Positions 40,218-48,563 of a DNA stretch of 63,429 bases are shown here, piece by piece. The position numbers and the translations under genes are program-made. Positions within the stretch are counted from its first letter, which is position 1. The number at the start of each line of letters is the position of its first letter. Origin of the DNA: Candidatus Woesearchaeota archaeon (lineage in GTDB: Archaea > Nanobdellota > Nanobdellia > Woesearchaeales > JAGVZT01). The DNA lies in the NCBI GenBank assembly GCA_043812815.1, contig JBDRLT010000015.1:1-63429 (forward strand), written 5' to 3'. The notes under the pieces were generated by a model. It was given only the letters and a program-made list of their open reading frames with translations. It was not told the origin of the DNA and did no database searches.

Positions 40218-40350
40218 ACATAGTTATGAGATCTACGCCTTTATCATCTTGTAGTGGTGAAAAACGAAAAGTTTATATATGAAATGGGATTCCTATCTTA
40301 CAAAGCAGATTAGTTTTTTAGAATAGAAACAGATTGGTTAGTGAGGAAAT

Positions 40351-40563
40351 ATGTCTTATGCTTCAATCTTAGGAATACTTCAATCTCATCCGATTATTGC
40401 CTACTCTACTACGCAAGATGAATTGGCTGTTCAAATGAGATGTCCTGACCTTAGAGGCTTAACTGGGCGAAATAGAAGACCGAGTGCAATGCTTTGGGAA
40501 GCAGTAACCTCACTCAAGATGATGACTTCTCTAGGTGATATGGAAGTCAACAATTTTTCTTAG
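40351..40563 (+). CDS. small hypothetical protein
   Basis: 70 aa. GAGGAA lies 4 nt before the ATG, and a TTTATATA box is at about 40273. No motif. Confidence 0.35.
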   Translation: MSYASILGILQSHPIIAYSTTQDELAVQMRCPDLRGLTGRNRRPSAMLWEAVTSLKMMTSLGDMEVNNFS

Positions 40564-40637
40564 ATGCTGTTGATGGTCATGAGATTCTAATAGCCAATAA
40601 TGTACTTTGTTATTGGGGTGATAATAAATCAAACGGT

Positions 40638-41192
40638 TTGTTTAAATTGGTGGGATTGAGGTATGAAGCAACTGGCGTAGCTGACCCTGAAAGTATCAAA
40701 AAATGCTCAGTTGTTGTGGATGGCTTCACAGATAAGAAACTTAGACCTGTGCATGTACCTCTGGCTAAACTGGTAAAAAAATTTGAAGATGGTCTTAGCA
40801 TAGGGGGAGGGGAATTTAGGGATGTTAATGCCCTATTAGGCCAAGCATATGAGGAGAGAAAACATCATAATAGGGGTGCAGCAACAAGCTGTGAATATCG
40901 GAAACTATATGCGGCTTGTGGACAAACAATTCCTGTTGAGGTTATGAGAGAGATTTGTGCAGTTGAATTCACTTCGCAGCAGGATTTGCCTCACATTTTA
41001 CTTACTCTCCATCATGATGCGGACTCTATATATGGAATTGCTTCATTGTCCTTCCCAGGAAGGTCTGCAAGTGATCTCGGAAAAGGAAAGCGAAGTAATA
41101 TGATGGCTGTTGTTGAGGAACTGACTAAGGCATGTTTCTCAGTAACTTATGACCCCGGAACAATAGGTGGATTGGAGAAAGTAAGTTTTTAA
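40638..41192 (+). CDS. hypothetical protein (non-ATG start)
   Basis: 184 aa with no in-frame ATG near the 5' end (TTG/GTG start). No motif recognised. Confidence 0.45.
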   Translation: MFKLVGLRYEATGVADPESIKKCSVVVDGFTDKKLRPVHVPLAKLVKKFEDGLSIGGGEFRDVNALLGQAYEERKHHNRGAATSCEYRKLYAACGQTIPVEVMREICAVEFTSQQDLPHILLTLHHDADSIYGIASLSFPGRSASDLGKGKRSNMMAVVEELTKACFSVTYDPGTIGGLEKVSF

Positions 41193-41375
41193 TAGATATT
41201 CTATGCAAATTTTTAGCAATATTTTAGATTACCATGTGGATATGAATTCTTTTGATTATAACAAACTCAGGTTATCCGATAGGGAGTGAAGAGCTGATAT
41301 TCTTTTAATATGTAATTTAATATCGAAACCTTTAAATATTATATTCCTGAGGATATATTAAAAAGAGGTATTAAA

Positions 41376-41852
41376 ATGGCTGATGATTATGATTTGTTAC
41401 CGCACAAGGAGATTATGAGGTTGAGGAAAGAGGTCCAGGAGCTGAGAACCGCGCTGGCAGACAAGAGTACCAGAACCTCGCCCAAAAATGACGATTTGGT
41501 TAGTTCTGTGAAACAGCTGACAGTTTCTATTGATAATTTGATGAAGCTTTTTGAGCAGGCTGGCAGTGATATGCGCGCTGAAGACCATGTTGCCACTCAT
41601 GAGCATATGGGAAGTATGAATAATCATCTTGGGGGCTTGAATGAGAAAATGGATCAGCTGCTCAAGCATAATGAGGAGATTGCCAAGGGGATTTTGGTGG
41701 TGGCTGAGATGATGAAGGAGCACTTGCCTGAGATTAACAGCAACACCAAGCCGATTAGAAGGGTTATGAGGCCTATGCCAAGGCCTGTGCAGCAGGATTA
41801 CAATCCAATACCCAATGTAGCTATGCCGCCAGAACGCTTTGTGCCGAGGTGA
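41376..41852 (+). CDS. coiled-coil protein with Pro-rich C-terminus
   Basis: Helical EIMRLRKEVQELRTALADK...; tail RRVMRPMPRPVQQDYNPIPNVAMPPERFVPR. Confidence 0.55.
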   Translation: MADDYDLLPHKEIMRLRKEVQELRTALADKSTRTSPKNDDLVSSVKQLTVSIDNLMKLFEQAGSDMRAEDHVATHEHMGSMNNHLGGLNEKMDQLLKHNEEIAKGILVVAEMMKEHLPEINSNTKPIRRVMRPMPRPVQQDYNPIPNVAMPPERFVPR

Positions 41853-42289
41853 TCTTGGTGCATTCCAGTCTGGACCAGAACCAGGCAGAGCATCTTTTTT
41901 ATCATTTGACTGCAGCTTACAAGAAGCTTGATTTTTCTAGGGTTGCACCAAAACAGATAGTAAAATCTGGTTTTATTGCCAGCGTAGGCAGACACACATA
42001 TCATATTCCTGGCTGTTTCTGGGTGAAGAGGATTAAGAAAAGAAACTGGATTGAGTTCAGCACAGAGGCTGAAGCCAAGAAGCTGGGCTTGAGAAGGCAC
42101 AAGTGCGTTGGCCCTCTTGCTGGGAAGACACTGACAAAAAAAGAGATGGCTGCGTTGAAGCGCATGATCAGCGCTTTTGAAGCAGAGATAAAGCGAGTTA
42201 AGAAGACAAAACGCTATAATAAAAAGAGAATTGGGATATTGGAAGCAAGGCTGAAGAAAAGTAAAATGAAATTAAAAAAAGTTCTATAA
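41849..42289 (+). CDS. Ada-like zinc-binding motif protein with basic coiled-coil tail
   Basis: HTYHIPGCFWVKRIKKRNWIEFSTEAEAKKLGLRRHKC. GTG start overlaps the upstream TGA. Confidence 0.55.
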   Translation: MILVHSSLDQNQAEHLFYHLTAAYKKLDFSRVAPKQIVKSGFIASVGRHTYHIPGCFWVKRIKKRNWIEFSTEAEAKKLGLRRHKCVGPLAGKTLTKKEMAALKRMISAFEAEIKRVKKTKRYNKKRIGILEARLKKSKMKLKKVL

Positions 42290-42454
42290 GTCTTTTGCCA
42301 TCAAAGTTTTTCTGTTGTTTGCCTTTGCTCTTTCAACAGCTTTCTTGACCAATATTCTTAGTTCTTTGTCAAGAGCGTCTGCAAAATCTCCAGAAACATT
42401 CAGGCCGCCAACAACGTCCTTGATCTTTGATTTCACTACCAATAGCTCTGCCAT
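42284..42454 (-). CDS. small histone-fold-like protein (DUF1931-like), not in ORF track
   Basis: 56 aa: MAELLVVKSKIKDVVGGLNVSGDFADALDKELRILVKKAVERAKANNRKTLMAKDL. GAGGTGA lies 6 nt upstream of the ATG. Confidence 0.6.
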   Translation of the reverse strand: MAELLVVKSKIKDVVGGLNVSGDFADALDKELRILVKKAVERAKANNRKTLMAKDL

Positions 42455-42480
42455 TGTTTATCACCTCATCGTTTAGTAGA

Positions 42481-43062
42481 TTAATGTTGTGTATATGGCT
42501 TCTTGAGAGTGCTATTTAAATCTTTTGGATTTCTTGTTAATCTCACAAATATGATAATGTTGATGAGTATTAGAAGGATTAGTAACAAGAATAGCACTCC
42601 AGAGTAGCTGGTTTGACTGGTAAGCTCGCCAGTGACAAAACCGGTGACAGGGGGGGTTTGTTTAGCTGCTTCGCTCATACTTAGTGCAAATGTTTGGAGC
42701 CTTACGCTGAGGGGCATCTTTTTGATATTTGTGCTCACAATCACTGGTTCGCCAGTAAGGTTGTTAGCATCTATAGGTAAAGCCTTGCAGCTTAGGGTGT
42801 CTCCTGGCTTACCTTTGGGTTGTAAAACTTGCTGCCCGTTTTTGTACCATTCATAGACTATGGTTACTCTTTCAGGGATTTCATCCTCCACCTTGGCTGT
42901 GCAGCTGAGAATAGTGTCCTCATATGCTTCAGGGAGTATGGTGAGATTGGTGATTCGAGGCGGGCGGTTGATGATGGTAACTGTGACATAGCCATAGTCA
43001 ACTGATTTTGCTGCGACAGAAGTGAGCAAGAGGAGAGCCATTAAGGCAAGAGTGTGTTTCAT
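42481..43062 (-). CDS. secreted protein with C-terminal membrane anchor (Ig-like domain by eye)
   Basis: Signal peptide MKHTLALMALLLLTSVAA, a beta-rich middle with a Cys pair, and a C-terminal TM VLFLLLILLILINIIIFV. Confidence 0.6.
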   Translation of the reverse strand: MKHTLALMALLLLTSVAAKSVDYGYVTVTIINRPPRITNLTILPEAYEDTILSCTAKVEDEIPERVTIVYEWYKNGQQVLQPKGKPGDTLSCKALPIDANNLTGEPVIVSTNIKKMPLSVRLQTFALSMSEAAKQTPPVTGFVTGELTSQTSYSGVLFLLLILLILINIIIFVRLTRNPKDLNSTLKKPYTQH

Positions 43063-43137
43063 GGTGATTATTATGTGGGTGTTTTTAATAAATGTTGTGG
43101 GAAAGGTTTATTAAGGAAAGAGGTTAGCAAATGCCCT

Positions 43138-43818
43138 ATGCTGGCTGAGGTTACACAGTGGATTCTGGAAGCAGTCAGGTCTCACGGTGTTTTGGGAGTG
43201 GTGTTGGGTGTGTTTTTAGAAACAGTTTTTACGCCTATACCTTCGCCAATTGTGCTGATGACTGCTGGCTTGGTGCTGATTGAGCCTGAGCTGGTGATGG
43301 GTGCTGCTTTGCTGAAGATCTTGCTGATTATCACACTGCCTGCTGCTATTGCCCAGACTATCGGCAATTATGGGATTTACGCGATTGCCTACCATGGGGG
43401 GAAACCGGTGATTGACAAATCCAAGAAAATGCTGGGGTTTTCATGGAAAGATATCCTGAGAGTGAAGAAGAGATTCAGGATTGGCAGCAGGAGCGAGGCA
43501 ATTGGCAAAGAGGATATCTCGCTGTTTTTTCTGAGAGCTATTCCAATTGTTCCGCTGAGCGTTGTTTCAGCTCTTGCAGGGATTTTGAAAGTTGATTGGA
43601 AGAGGTTTGGTTTGTTCAGTTTTTTGGGGCTGATTCCCAGAAATTTTTTGCTGGCTTTTATTGGCTGGAAGATGAGCAGGGTTTACCTGGAGTTTGCGAG
43701 GCAGATTGATAGTGTGGAAACACTGCTCACAATTACGCTAATTGGTTTGGTTGTCGGGATCATTCTGGTTAACAAACTTAAATTGTTTGACCGTATTGAG
43801 CACTGGGTTACCAAGTAA
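43138..43818 (+). CDS. DedA/VTT (SNARE-associated) family membrane protein
   Basis: GVFLETVFTPIPS motif and multi-pass topology. ATG at 43138 is preferred over the listed upstream start. Confidence 0.7.
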   Translation: MLAEVTQWILEAVRSHGVLGVVLGVFLETVFTPIPSPIVLMTAGLVLIEPELVMGAALLKILLIITLPAAIAQTIGNYGIYAIAYHGGKPVIDKSKKMLGFSWKDILRVKKRFRIGSRSEAIGKEDISLFFLRAIPIVPLSVVSALAGILKVDWKRFGLFSFLGLIPRNFLLAFIGWKMSRVYLEFARQIDSVETLLTITLIGLVVGIILVNKLKLFDRIEHWVTK

Positions 43819-43819
43819 A

Positions 43820-44082
43820 GAAAATCTGCTGCTCGGAGCTAATCCCGCACCCTAAAGGGTAGGGCTTTAACTCTCCTCGCTTCTGAACGCAGATTTTCAG
43901 ACTTATAACGAAAATTGGCCAATTTTCGGAACAATAAAATTTTTGATTTTGTGTTCAGGAAATGTTAGGCATTTCCTTGAATTGAAATTTCGAGCTAAAA
44001 CCCCAACTTTCAAGTGGGGGATACAGCTCGAAATTTCAATAATCCTTCTAGCTGAAGCCAGGGGCTTCAAACCCTCAGGATT
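43820..44082 (+). other. array of five consecutive hairpins/palindromes (candidate structured RNA)
   Basis: 10-bp stem 43820-29 with 43889-98. Perfect 20-nt palindrome 43909-28. 8-bp hairpin 43957-77. 15-bp perfect stem 43981-95 with 44026-40. Nested hairpin 44041-82. Confidence 0.5.
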
Positions 44083-44093
44083 ATAAGTGACAA

Positions 44094-44101
44094 ATTTTAA
44101 A
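44094..44101 (+). promoter_or_regulatory. TATA box (leaderless start at 44126)
   Basis: ATTTTAAA/TTTTAAAT box, 24 nt upstream of the ATG at 44126. Confidence 0.45.
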
Positions 44102-44125
44102 TACTGATTTGGCAGCTTGCTGATA

Positions 44126-44572
44126 ATGTTGATTATTGCGCATTTTGCAGTGGGCGTGCTGATTGCTCATAGGTTTGGTATAGCCTTGAGTTTGTTATTG
44201 TGTCTGCTCTCCCATTTTGTTTTGGATGCCATTCCCCATTGGGATCCGAAGCTTGAGAAATTGCCAGACAAGAGGCTGCACATTAGGAAGATAAGGCAGC
44301 AGCCCTCGCTGGTGCAGAAACAGCTGGTGATTTCTTCGCTGATCCAATTGTATCTGGGTATGATAATAGGCTATTTGCTTGCTTTCAAAGAGAGTGCTGA
44401 CTGGCTTTTTGTCGGAGGGTTTGTAGCGGTTCTTCCTGATATGTATGAAGTGATTGCAGATTTGGCTAATTGGCCAACCATCCATTTTTTTGAGCACAGA
44501 CATATCAAGTGGTATGTTGGGATTCCTGTGCAGGTGGCGCTTGTGCTGCTCTGTTTATATCTTGTGATGTGA
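44126..44572 (+). CDS. hypothetical membrane protein (possible DUF457-like)
   Basis: Multi-pass, with SHFVLDAIPHWDP. ATG at 44126 is preferred over the listed TTG at 44117. Confidence 0.5.
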   Translation: MLIIAHFAVGVLIAHRFGIALSLLLCLLSHFVLDAIPHWDPKLEKLPDKRLHIRKIRQQPSLVQKQLVISSLIQLYLGMIIGYLLAFKESADWLFVGGFVAVLPDMYEVIADLANWPTIHFFEHRHIKWYVGIPVQVALVLLCLYLVM

Positions 44573-44573
44573 C

Positions 44574-45545
44574 CTATTCTGCCAGAAATAGCTTTTCATC
44601 ATCAACTACCACTTCTATAGTCTGGCCCATTTCTTTGGGTAGTGGGTTTTCCATGCGAACACTTTGATAAGTTGTTGGGTGGAGTGCTTCTATGTGGGGG
44701 TGGGTTCTGGTGATGGTGGTTTTGTAGATTATGAGTGTTTGTGGGGTTTGAGGGTAGTCTATTAATTTTTTGTGCCGGGTGAGGATGTCGATGCAGCCAA
44801 CTTTTGTTCCGAGGTTGGTTATCTTCAGAAGGGTGTCATCAATTTTGATGATATCGCCTAAGCTGAATTCAGGTAGCTTGAGGAGGATAGTCGTCCTATA
44901 CAAATCGCGGCTTGTCATTTTGTCTCGGGTGTGGAGTCTGTGACTTATTTGGAGTTTACCACCAAGCTTTTGCTGAATTTGTTTGGAGAGTTGGAGAGAT
45001 TTTTTTGTGGAGGGGAAGTAATAGTCATATCCCCCTCTTACTTCCATTTTTTTGTTGCAGTTTTCACCAATGATGTTTTCAATAATGGGTAAGGCTTTTG
45101 CACTTGGGTTTCTGATCTGGATGGTTGCTTCGAAATATTGGGTGCCTTTTATTGAACACTGAGGACAGGTTGTATACAGTATGTTTAAGGGCACTTGGTA
45201 TTTTGCAGTGAGCTCTCCATAATCTTCAGCAGTTGCTGTGGGTGTTACAATGAGGTTGGCTTCAAGTTTAAGCCCGGGTGCAGGTTTGTGCTCTGGGAGC
45301 TCAACTATTATAGGCATACTTACGATGTGAAACCATGGATTTGGTTTTATTTTGCTTTTTGCAGTTGCGCTAAGAGCTGATACTAGGCTGTTTGCGGTCT
45401 TCCATTTGTCTGCAAAAAGTTTCTTGCACCCAATGCAAAACTTTACTGAGAGTGGATTTAGTTTGATAATCTGATTTTTCGCCAGAAAACACTCTTTGCA
45501 CAATATCTGATTACATGGCTTTCCACATTTTATGCATTTATCCAT
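44574..45545 (-). CDS. nmd3: NMD3-family ribosome biogenesis protein
   Basis: N-terminal zinc clusters CIKCGKP...CKEC and CIGC, followed by a later CPQC; 323 aa. Confidence 0.8.
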   Translation of the reverse strand: MDKCIKCGKPCNQILCKECFLAKNQIIKLNPLSVKFCIGCKKLFADKWKTANSLVSALSATAKSKIKPNPWFHIVSMPIIVELPEHKPAPGLKLEANLIVTPTATAEDYGELTAKYQVPLNILYTTCPQCSIKGTQYFEATIQIRNPSAKALPIIENIIGENCNKKMEVRGGYDYYFPSTKKSLQLSKQIQQKLGGKLQISHRLHTRDKMTSRDLYRTTILLKLPEFSLGDIIKIDDTLLKITNLGTKVGCIDILTRHKKLIDYPQTPQTLIIYKTTITRTHPHIEALHPTTYQSVRMENPLPKEMGQTIEVVVDDEKLFLAE

Positions 45546-45625
45546 GGGTGGGGGCTGTGGTGCTGTATATAAAAAGTTAATGATTTGCTAAATATTTATA
45601 TATAAAGTCTGGTTAGAAGGCTGTT

Positions 45626-47386
45626 ATGGTTAAAACTGCAAAGGAATTGAAAAATGCTTACCTTGATTTTTTTAAGAAGCAGGGGCATGCTATTATTAGC
45701 TCTGCTCCGCTGATTCCTGTAAATGATCCGACTGTGCTGTTTACCACTGCAGGCATGCATCCTCTTGTTCCGTTCTTGATGGGACAACCCCATCCTGCTG
45801 GCAAGAGGCTGGCGGATGTGCAGAGGTGCATCCGTACACAAGATATTGATGAGGTTGGTGATGATGTACACACAACCTTTTTTGAGATGCTGGGCAACTG
45901 GAGCCTTGCCGATTATTTCAAGCAAGAGGCGATTGAGTGGAGCTGGGAGTTTCTGACAGGGAAGCATTGGCTAAATCTTGATCCTGAAAGACTGGCAGTT
46001 ACCTGTTTCAAGGGTGATGATGATGCGCCAAGAGATGATGAGGCTGCAAGTGCCTGGAGAGCGCTTGGTGTGCCTGCGGAGAGGATTGCATTTCTTGCAA
46101 AAAAAGAGAATTGGTGGGGACCTGCTGGCGAGACAGGGCCTTGCGGTCCGGATACTGAGATGTTTTACTGGAAGCTGAATGATGAGGCTCCAAAAGTGTT
46201 TGATCCTAAAGATACGAATTGGGTTGAAATCTGGAATGACGTGTTTATGCAGTATAATAAGACTGAAAATGGCTACAAACCTCTGGCTCAGAAAAATATT
46301 GACACGGGGTTGGGGGTTGAGCGCGTAACAATGGTGCTGCAGGGCAAGCAGACTATCTTTGATACTGAGCTGTTCCAGCCGATTTTCAAAAAGATCGAGG
46401 AGCTGAGCCAGAAAAAGGCTGCTGAGAATATTGTCAGTTTTAGGGTGATTGCCGATCATATGAGAGCTTCTACTTTTATTTTGGGTGATGAGATCGGTAC
46501 AGTGCCGAGCAATGTTGAGCAGGGCTATATCTTGAGGAGATTTATCAGGCGGAGCATCAGGCATGGTAAGCTGCTTGGGATTGAGCAGGAGTTCTGCAGC
46601 GAGGTAGCAGCCACAATTGTGGCAATGTATAAAGCTGATTATCCTATTCTGGAAAAGAAGAAACAAAAAATCTTTGAGGAGCTGAAAAGAGAGGAGCAAA
46701 GGTTCAGGATGACCCTTGAGAAAGGATTGAGAGAGTTTGACAAGTTTGCAGGCAGCAAGAAAATTGGCGGTAAAGATACATTTCTGCTGTTCCAGAGTTA
46801 TGGTTTTCCTCTTGAGATGACTGTAGAAGAGGCAAAATCAAGAGGATTAAGTGTTGATGTGAAGGGTTTTGAGGCAGAGTATGAGAAACATAAGGAGCTG
46901 AGCAGGGCTGCACTCGATAAGAAATTCAAGTCTGGCTTGGCTGACCAGTCTGTTGAGACAACAAGGTTGCATACTGCAACACATCTGCTGAATGCTGCAC
47001 TTAAAACAGTTTTGCAGGATCCGAATGTTAAGCAGCGAGGGTCAAATATCACTGCTGAAAGGCTTAGGTTTGATTTCACTTTTGGGAGAAAGCTTACTGA
47101 TGAGGAGCTCAGGAAGGTCGAGGCTGAAGTTAATGATGTTATCCAAAAGGGTGTTGATGTCTGCAGAGAGGAGATGGCTTTTGATGAGGCGAAGAAGCAG
47201 GGTGCTGAGGCTGAATTTGAAGGCAGGTATGATGAGGTTATTTCTGTTTATTCTATTGAGAGAGTTTCAAAGGAGGTTTGCCGCGGCTCGCATGTCAAGA
47301 ACACAAAAGAGCTTGGCCATTTTAGGATTGTGAAGGAAGAGGGGATTGCTGCTGGTGTTAGACGAATTAGAGCTGTGCTTGAATAG
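45626..47386 (+). CDS. alaS: alanyl-tRNA synthetase, short bacterial-type form
   Basis: FLDFFKKQGH, LFTTAGM and WGPAGETGPCGPDTE catalytic motifs. Editing-domain HTATHLL and CRGSHV. Only 586 aa, with no C-Ala domain. Confidence 0.92.
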   Translation: MVKTAKELKNAYLDFFKKQGHAIISSAPLIPVNDPTVLFTTAGMHPLVPFLMGQPHPAGKRLADVQRCIRTQDIDEVGDDVHTTFFEMLGNWSLADYFKQEAIEWSWEFLTGKHWLNLDPERLAVTCFKGDDDAPRDDEAASAWRALGVPAERIAFLAKKENWWGPAGETGPCGPDTEMFYWKLNDEAPKVFDPKDTNWVEIWNDVFMQYNKTENGYKPLAQKNIDTGLGVERVTMVLQGKQTIFDTELFQPIFKKIEELSQKKAAENIVSFRVIADHMRASTFILGDEIGTVPSNVEQGYILRRFIRRSIRHGKLLGIEQEFCSEVAATIVAMYKADYPILEKKKQKIFEELKREEQRFRMTLEKGLREFDKFAGSKKIGGKDTFLLFQSYGFPLEMTVEEAKSRGLSVDVKGFEAEYEKHKELSRAALDKKFKSGLADQSVETTRLHTATHLLNAALKTVLQDPNVKQRGSNITAERLRFDFTFGRKLTDEELRKVEAEVNDVIQKGVDVCREEMAFDEAKKQGAEAEFEGRYDEVISVYSIERVSKEVCRGSHVKNTKELGHFRIVKEEGIAAGVRRIRAVLE

Positions 47387-48473
47387 GCTGCTGGGCAAAA
47401 ATTTTTTTCTCGGTGGTTTCAAGCGGGATTTTTACCTTGAACAATTGATAGTCTTTTTGGGTTAAGTCGAAGGTATGCCAGCTGTTCACTGAGGGTGGCC
47501 CAAAGCAGATTTCTGCTGTTTTTGCTGTGATGTCAAATAGTAGTGAATAGACCGTACCAAAGTCCCAAGGGAAATAGTGGAGACATAGGCCATTAGGATA
47601 GCGAGTGGAGAACAGTTCCTTGATTTCTTGTTTGGTGATGGTTGGTTGCTGCAATAATTTTTGGATGGCAGTGTATCTTACTATTGAATGCATAGCTGCA
47701 GTTGGTTCCAGTGGTTGGAGCTCAGGGAGAAGCAAATGGTTGGTTGCACCGAATGAATTTTCAATATTTTTTGAGGAGTGGTGGCCGTCGTAGGTTTCAT
47801 AGAGTGCTGCATGTTTCTTGTCGGCTATGATAAAATTGACGTTGTGGGCGATTGGCATCTCAGAAGCTAAGCTAAGAGCCTGGTCAACTGTCTTGCACTG
47901 CTCGAGCAGGGTTCTGACAACTGCCCAGTATTGCAATCCTGTAACTTTTGGCTTGCGCATGTAGGGGATTGCTGCACTGACTGGCATACCTGCTGAGGAG
48001 AAGGTTATTGTTAGATGATGGTCGTTCATGCCCTGGTTTCTGCCAAAGAAGAGTTCAGAAGAACCAATGTGTTTGTGTTTTCCTTTGATATGGGTTGTGC
48101 AGACGCGTCTGTCAGCTAGTCTTTCAGTGAAGTCGTAGTTAGTTGCTGCATAGGTGTGATTGTCTTGAGTTTTGGAGGGGATAACAAGAAGCTGGCTGCA
48201 GCTTGGGTGCAGAGAGGTGTACTGGTGGAATTTTAGCTGATTATTTTTGACACCAAGGGTGTCTGCAAACCCCTGAATCTCCTCATTAAGGCCAGGACAG
48301 AATTGGTCAAAGAGTTCAACGCTTTTTTTGAGTTGGTTGTCTGGTGTTCTTGCTGCCAGAATGCCTTTTATGAACTGCGGGTATTTTTTTAGATATTCTG
48401 CCTGGGCCTGGCCTGCTTCATAGTCTGTCCCTTTTAGATAGAAGTGGTCAAAAAGTGCTGTCCTGGAAATCAT
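47367..48473 (-). CDS. C45-family / Ntn-type acyltransferase-hydrolase
   Basis: HPSCSQLLV putative nucleophile Cys context; length and pattern resemble acyl-CoA:6-APA acyltransferase-like proteins. Confidence 0.55.
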   Translation of the reverse strand: MISRTALFDHFYLKGTDYEAGQAQAEYLKKYPQFIKGILAARTPDNQLKKSVELFDQFCPGLNEEIQGFADTLGVKNNQLKFHQYTSLHPSCSQLLVIPSKTQDNHTYAATNYDFTERLADRRVCTTHIKGKHKHIGSSELFFGRNQGMNDHHLTITFSSAGMPVSAAIPYMRKPKVTGLQYWAVVRTLLEQCKTVDQALSLASEMPIAHNVNFIIADKKHAALYETYDGHHSSKNIENSFGATNHLLLPELQPLEPTAAMHSIVRYTAIQKLLQQPTITKQEIKELFSTRYPNGLCLHYFPWDFGTVYSLLFDITAKTAEICFGPPSVNSWHTFDLTQKDYQLFKVKIPLETTEKKIFAQQPIQAQL

Positions 48474-48531
48474 ACACAGCAGACTGATTAAGGGATATTA
48501 AAAGGTTGTGACTAAGCAAAGCGTAGCAATA

Positions 48532-48539
48532 TTTATAAA
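48532..48539 (+). promoter_or_regulatory. TATA box (leaderless aIF6)
   Basis: TTTATAAA, 24 nt upstream of the ATG at 48564. Confidence 0.55.
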
Positions 48540-48563
48540 GCAAGTTTGAGCACTTAGGATATT

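Noticed and set aside
43820-44082. CRISPR array, SRP RNA or RNase P RNA in the hairpin-rich spacer
   Set aside because: The repeats are inverted, not direct, and there are no regularly spaced repeat units. No GNAR-capped SRP helix 8 motif and no RNase P GAGGAAAGTCC-type motif is present.
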